DNA of 38,298 nucleotides from an uncultured Anaerolineaceae bacterium (lineage in GTDB: Bacteria; Chloroflexota; Anaerolineae; Anaerolineales; Anaerolineaceae), in NCBI GenBank assembly GCA_964580315.1, contig CAZOKH010000030.1, forward strand, positions 1 to 38,298, written 5' to 3'. The first letter of the stretch is position 1. Every line of letters begins with the position of its first letter. Position numbers and translations under genes: made by a program. Positions 35,868-38,298 of this stretch are shown piece after piece. The notes below the pieces were generated by a model that made no database searches, had not been told where the DNA came from, and saw nothing but the letters and a program-made list of their open reading frames with translations.

Positions 35868-37877
35868 ATGGTAAAGATCGTTATGGATGGATTGCTGATT
35901 ATCCTGGCAGTGTTAGTGGTTGGTGTTCTGTTGTCCGGAATCCGCTTCATCCCCAATAACCGTATTGGCATTGTGGAAAAACGCTTTGGCCGGCGCTCGG
36001 TGCGGGGCGGTTTCATTGCACGCAGTGGTGAAGCTGGCTATCAACCCGATGTGCTGCGCGGTGGGCTGCATTATTTAATGCCCATTCAATTTGTTGTCCA
36101 CAAAGAACCGTTGGTGACCATTGCACAGGGCAAGATTGGTTATATCTTTGCCCGCGACGGCGAGCCGTTGAGCGCCATGCAGGTGCTGGCTTCTAACACC
36201 ACTGCCAACGATTTTCAAGACGTGGCGGCCTTCCTGAAAAACGGCGGGCAGCGCGGTCCGCAGCGTCAGATTTTACGCGAGGGAACCTATGCCATCAACC
36301 TGGCGCAGTTCGTGGTCATCACCGAAGAACGGGTGTATTACCTTTCGTTGAGCAAAGATGATCAGACCGTCATTCAAAACATGGCGCAGGTTATCAACAA
36401 CCGCAAGGGTTTCACCCCGGTTGTGATTAAAGACTCGGATGATTTGATCGGGGTGGTTACCGTGCACGACGGGCCATCCTTGCCGCCAGGCGAGATCATT
36501 GCCCCGGTGGTGGGCAGCGATCCGGATGACTCGCACACCTATCACAACAACTTCCAGATGCCCGACCGTTTCATCCATGCCAACGGCATGCGCGGACGAC
36601 AGCTTCAGGTGCTGGTGGAAGGCACTTACTACCTCAATCGCCTGTTTGCCACGGTGGAAATGATCCCCAAGACCGTGATTGATGTGGGTTTTGTGGGTGT
36701 GGTGGTTTCCTACACCGGCAAGGTGGGTGAAGACCTTTCCGGCACTGAATACCGCCACGGTGAGCTGGTGAGCTCAGGCAACCGCGGTGTGTGGAAGGAG
36801 CCGCTGCTGCCCGGTAAATACGCTTTCAATACCTATGCTGGCAAGGTGATCCCTGTGCCGACCACCAACATTATCCTTAAGTGGATCAAGAGCGAGGTGG
36901 GGTCGCACATGTTCGACGAGAACCTGTCGGAAGTGTCGCTGATCACCAAAGACGCTTTTGAACCCTCACTGCCTCTTTCGGTGGTGATTCATATCGACTA
37001 CCAGAAAGCCCCGCTGGTCATTCAGCGCTTTGGCGACGTGAAGAAACTGGTGGAACAAACCCTCGACCCGATGGTGTCGGCCTATTTTAAGAACATCGGC
37101 CAGACGCGCACCCTGATCCACCTGATCCAGGAGCGCAATGACATTCAAAACACAGCCAGCAAAGAAATGCGCGACAAGTTTGCGCACTACAACCTGGAAT
37201 TGGAAGAGGTGCTGATCGGCACGCCTGCCACCAACGGCGAAGACAAGCAAATTGAGATCATTTTGAACCAGTTGCGTTCACGCCAGATTGCGGTGGAGCA
37301 AATTGAAACCTATGAGCGCCAGCAGACTGCAGCCGCCAAAGAGCGCGAACTGCGTGAGGCGCAGGCGCGCACCGAACAGCAGCGCAACATCACCGAATCG
37401 GAGTTAAGCATCACGGTGCAGTCCAACCAGGGTAAGGCTGAGTACCAGCGCGCCCTGCAGCAGGCGGCGCAGATCCGCGCCCTGGCGCAGGCCGATGCCG
37501 AGCGCATTGCCCGCACGGGTATCGCCCAGGCTATTGCCACCGAAGAACAGGTGGCGGCCTACGGCGGTCCGCAGTTCCAGGTGACCCAGCAGGTGATGAA
37601 CCGCTTTGCCGAGGCGGTGCAGCAGTCGCGCGTGGATGTGGTGCCGCGTGTGGTGGTGGGCGGCGGCAGCGGCGAGAACGGCGCCTCCGGCAGCAGCATC
37701 ATGGAAGGCTTGCTGACCCTGCTGCTTTCCGACAAGCTGAACCTGGCGGTGACGGGTGAGGCGAAGAAAGAGCAGAATCCCGAAATCGACCGGCTGCGCG
37801 GCGAAATTCGCAAGGGCTTAAGCGAGAAACGCGACGAAACACCCGGCGCGGCAACGCCCCCGGATGCGAAAGCGTAA
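35868..37877 (+). CDS. flotillin-like SPFH/band-7 membrane-microdomain protein (669 aa)
   Basis: N-terminal TM helix. SPFH domain. Long Glu/Ala/Gln-rich coiled-coil (EA-repeat) region and Gly/Ser-rich C-terminus. The ORF track starts at TTG 35829. ATG 35868 has an AGGGAG SD 6 nt upstream. Confidence 0.9.
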   Translation: MVKIVMDGLLIILAVLVVGVLLSGIRFIPNNRIGIVEKRFGRRSVRGGFIARSGEAGYQPDVLRGGLHYLMPIQFVVHKEPLVTIAQGKIGYIFARDGEPLSAMQVLASNTTANDFQDVAAFLKNGGQRGPQRQILREGTYAINLAQFVVITEERVYYLSLSKDDQTVIQNMAQVINNRKGFTPVVIKDSDDLIGVVTVHDGPSLPPGEIIAPVVGSDPDDSHTYHNNFQMPDRFIHANGMRGRQLQVLVEGTYYLNRLFATVEMIPKTVIDVGFVGVVVSYTGKVGEDLSGTEYRHGELVSSGNRGVWKEPLLPGKYAFNTYAGKVIPVPTTNIILKWIKSEVGSHMFDENLSEVSLITKDAFEPSLPLSVVIHIDYQKAPLVIQRFGDVKKLVEQTLDPMVSAYFKNIGQTRTLIHLIQERNDIQNTASKEMRDKFAHYNLELEEVLIGTPATNGEDKQIEIILNQLRSRQIAVEQIETYERQQTAAAKERELREAQARTEQQRNITESELSITVQSNQGKAEYQRALQQAAQIRALAQADAERIARTGIAQAIATEEQVAAYGGPQFQVTQQVMNRFAEAVQQSRVDVVPRVVVGGGSGENGASGSSIMEGLLTLLLSDKLNLAVTGEAKKEQNPEIDRLRGEIRKGLSEKRDETPGAATPPDAKA

Positions 37878-37888
37878 CAAAATGAATG

Positions 37889-37929
37889 GACCCTTAGGAT
37901 TTTCAAAATCCTAAGGGTCTCGTTTTTTT
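37889..37929. terminator. rho-independent terminator: 15-nt perfect inverted repeat GACCCTTAGGATTTT-c-AAAATCCTAAGGGTC followed by TCGTTTTTTT
   Basis: Read directly. 12 nt after the flotillin stop. Also placed 16 nt beyond the stop of the convergent gene at 37945, with a weaker T-tract on that strand. Confidence 0.8.
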
Positions 37930-37944
37930 GACGGCAAAGCGGTA

Positions 37945-38298
37945 TTAACGAGTTAAAACCTCATCCTCATTCTTTGTAATTACCACCAGGATGATCTTTG
38001 ACGCATATTGTTCCAATGCGTCACGGTGAGGCGGAATGGACAGCCCCCTGGATTGAAGCATGGCCGCCATCATGCGCGGGTGGCGGCGCAGACGAATCTC
38101 CAGGTAATCGGCGATTGCTTTTGCGTCGGTGATGATCTCGGCAGCGCCGCCAAAGCGCTGCCCTTTGAGGCGCACCTCAACCTGTGGGTTGGCTTGCAGG
38201 TTGCGCAGCCAGTCGGCTTTTTGCCCCAGGGCTGACCCCAAATAAGATTACGCAACCTTTTTTCTGTAAATTCGAGTCAGAAATATCCACAGTTCTTT
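37945..38298 (-). pseudogene. deazaflavin (F420)-dependent nitroreductase-family (PNPOx-like) gene. 5' end lies beyond the window. Apparent +1 frameshift in a G4 run at 38236..38239
   Basis: ORF 37945..38241 (TTG start) carries KADWLRNLQANPQVEV and a C-terminal region typical of Ddn-like proteins. The upstream frame c reads ...NLQKKGCVILFG, matching the conserved GRVIVAAS-type strand. Removing one G gives a continuous GCVILFGSALGQKADWLRNL. Confidence 0.45.

Overview
This window is a 38.3-kb stretch of bacterial chromosome, gene-dense on both strands, with roughly 38 protein-coding genes and no rRNA, tRNA, CRISPR array, transposase or integrase that I could recognise. G+C looks heterogeneous by eye. 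Genes such as hcp, the P-type ATPase, the PEP-utilising enzyme and flotillin look GC-rich. The SBP-NBR1 lipoprotein gene, the diguanylate cyclase, the EFR1 ferredoxin gene, one ICMT gene and ORF 31973..32908 look clearly more AT-rich. TTG and GTG starts are frequent. Several ORF-track entries are N-terminally over-extended, and I re-called those starts from Shine-Dalgarno positions. The presence of a deazaflavin (F420)-type nitroreductase gene, hcp, flotillin and many TTG starts makes an anaerobic or facultative Chloroflexota or Actinobacteria-like organism plausible, but I cannot establish that from sequence alone.

Content in order:
- PLP-dependent decarboxylase operon, with a DUF3267 HExxH membrane protein and a further membrane protein.
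- An OmpR-type two-component system preceded by a small membrane protein, and an M28 aminopeptidase gene next to it.
- An unusual ~8-kb block with three class I SAM methyltransferases, two ICMT-family membrane methyltransferases, a DUF2568 protein and membrane proteins.
- This block is interrupted by a low-GC lipoprotein gene: a solute-binding domain fused to two NBR1-like Ig domains. It sits between two diverged copies of a [methyltransferase 3' end + DUF2568 5' end] junction.
- Fe-alcohol dehydrogenase and a membrane alpha/beta hydrolase.
- A TetR regulator with a textbook promoter/operator, in front of an 856-aa rifampicin-phosphotransferase/PEP-synthase-family enzyme.
- A membrane PAS-GGDEF cyclase.
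- GNAT acetyltransferase abutting a truncated PhnB/VOC gene.
- EFR1 flavodoxin-ferredoxin, a UbiA prenyltransferase and hcp (hybrid-cluster protein) with a terminator and a CRP/FNR-type box.
- A P1B metal ATPase plus a separate HMA protein.
- A CRP/FNR-family regulator.
- A MerR-vWA operon divergent from a long flotillin gene.
- A partial, frameshifted F420-type nitroreductase gene at the right edge.

The most unusual signals:
- A conserved upstream module (GATA-N9-TATC inverted repeat plus helically phased ATTGTG(G)A direct repeats) shared by the TCS operon and an ICMT gene.
- The duplicated-junction structure around the SBP-NBR1 gene.
- The methyltransferase-rich island.
- The MerR-vWA/flotillin divergon.
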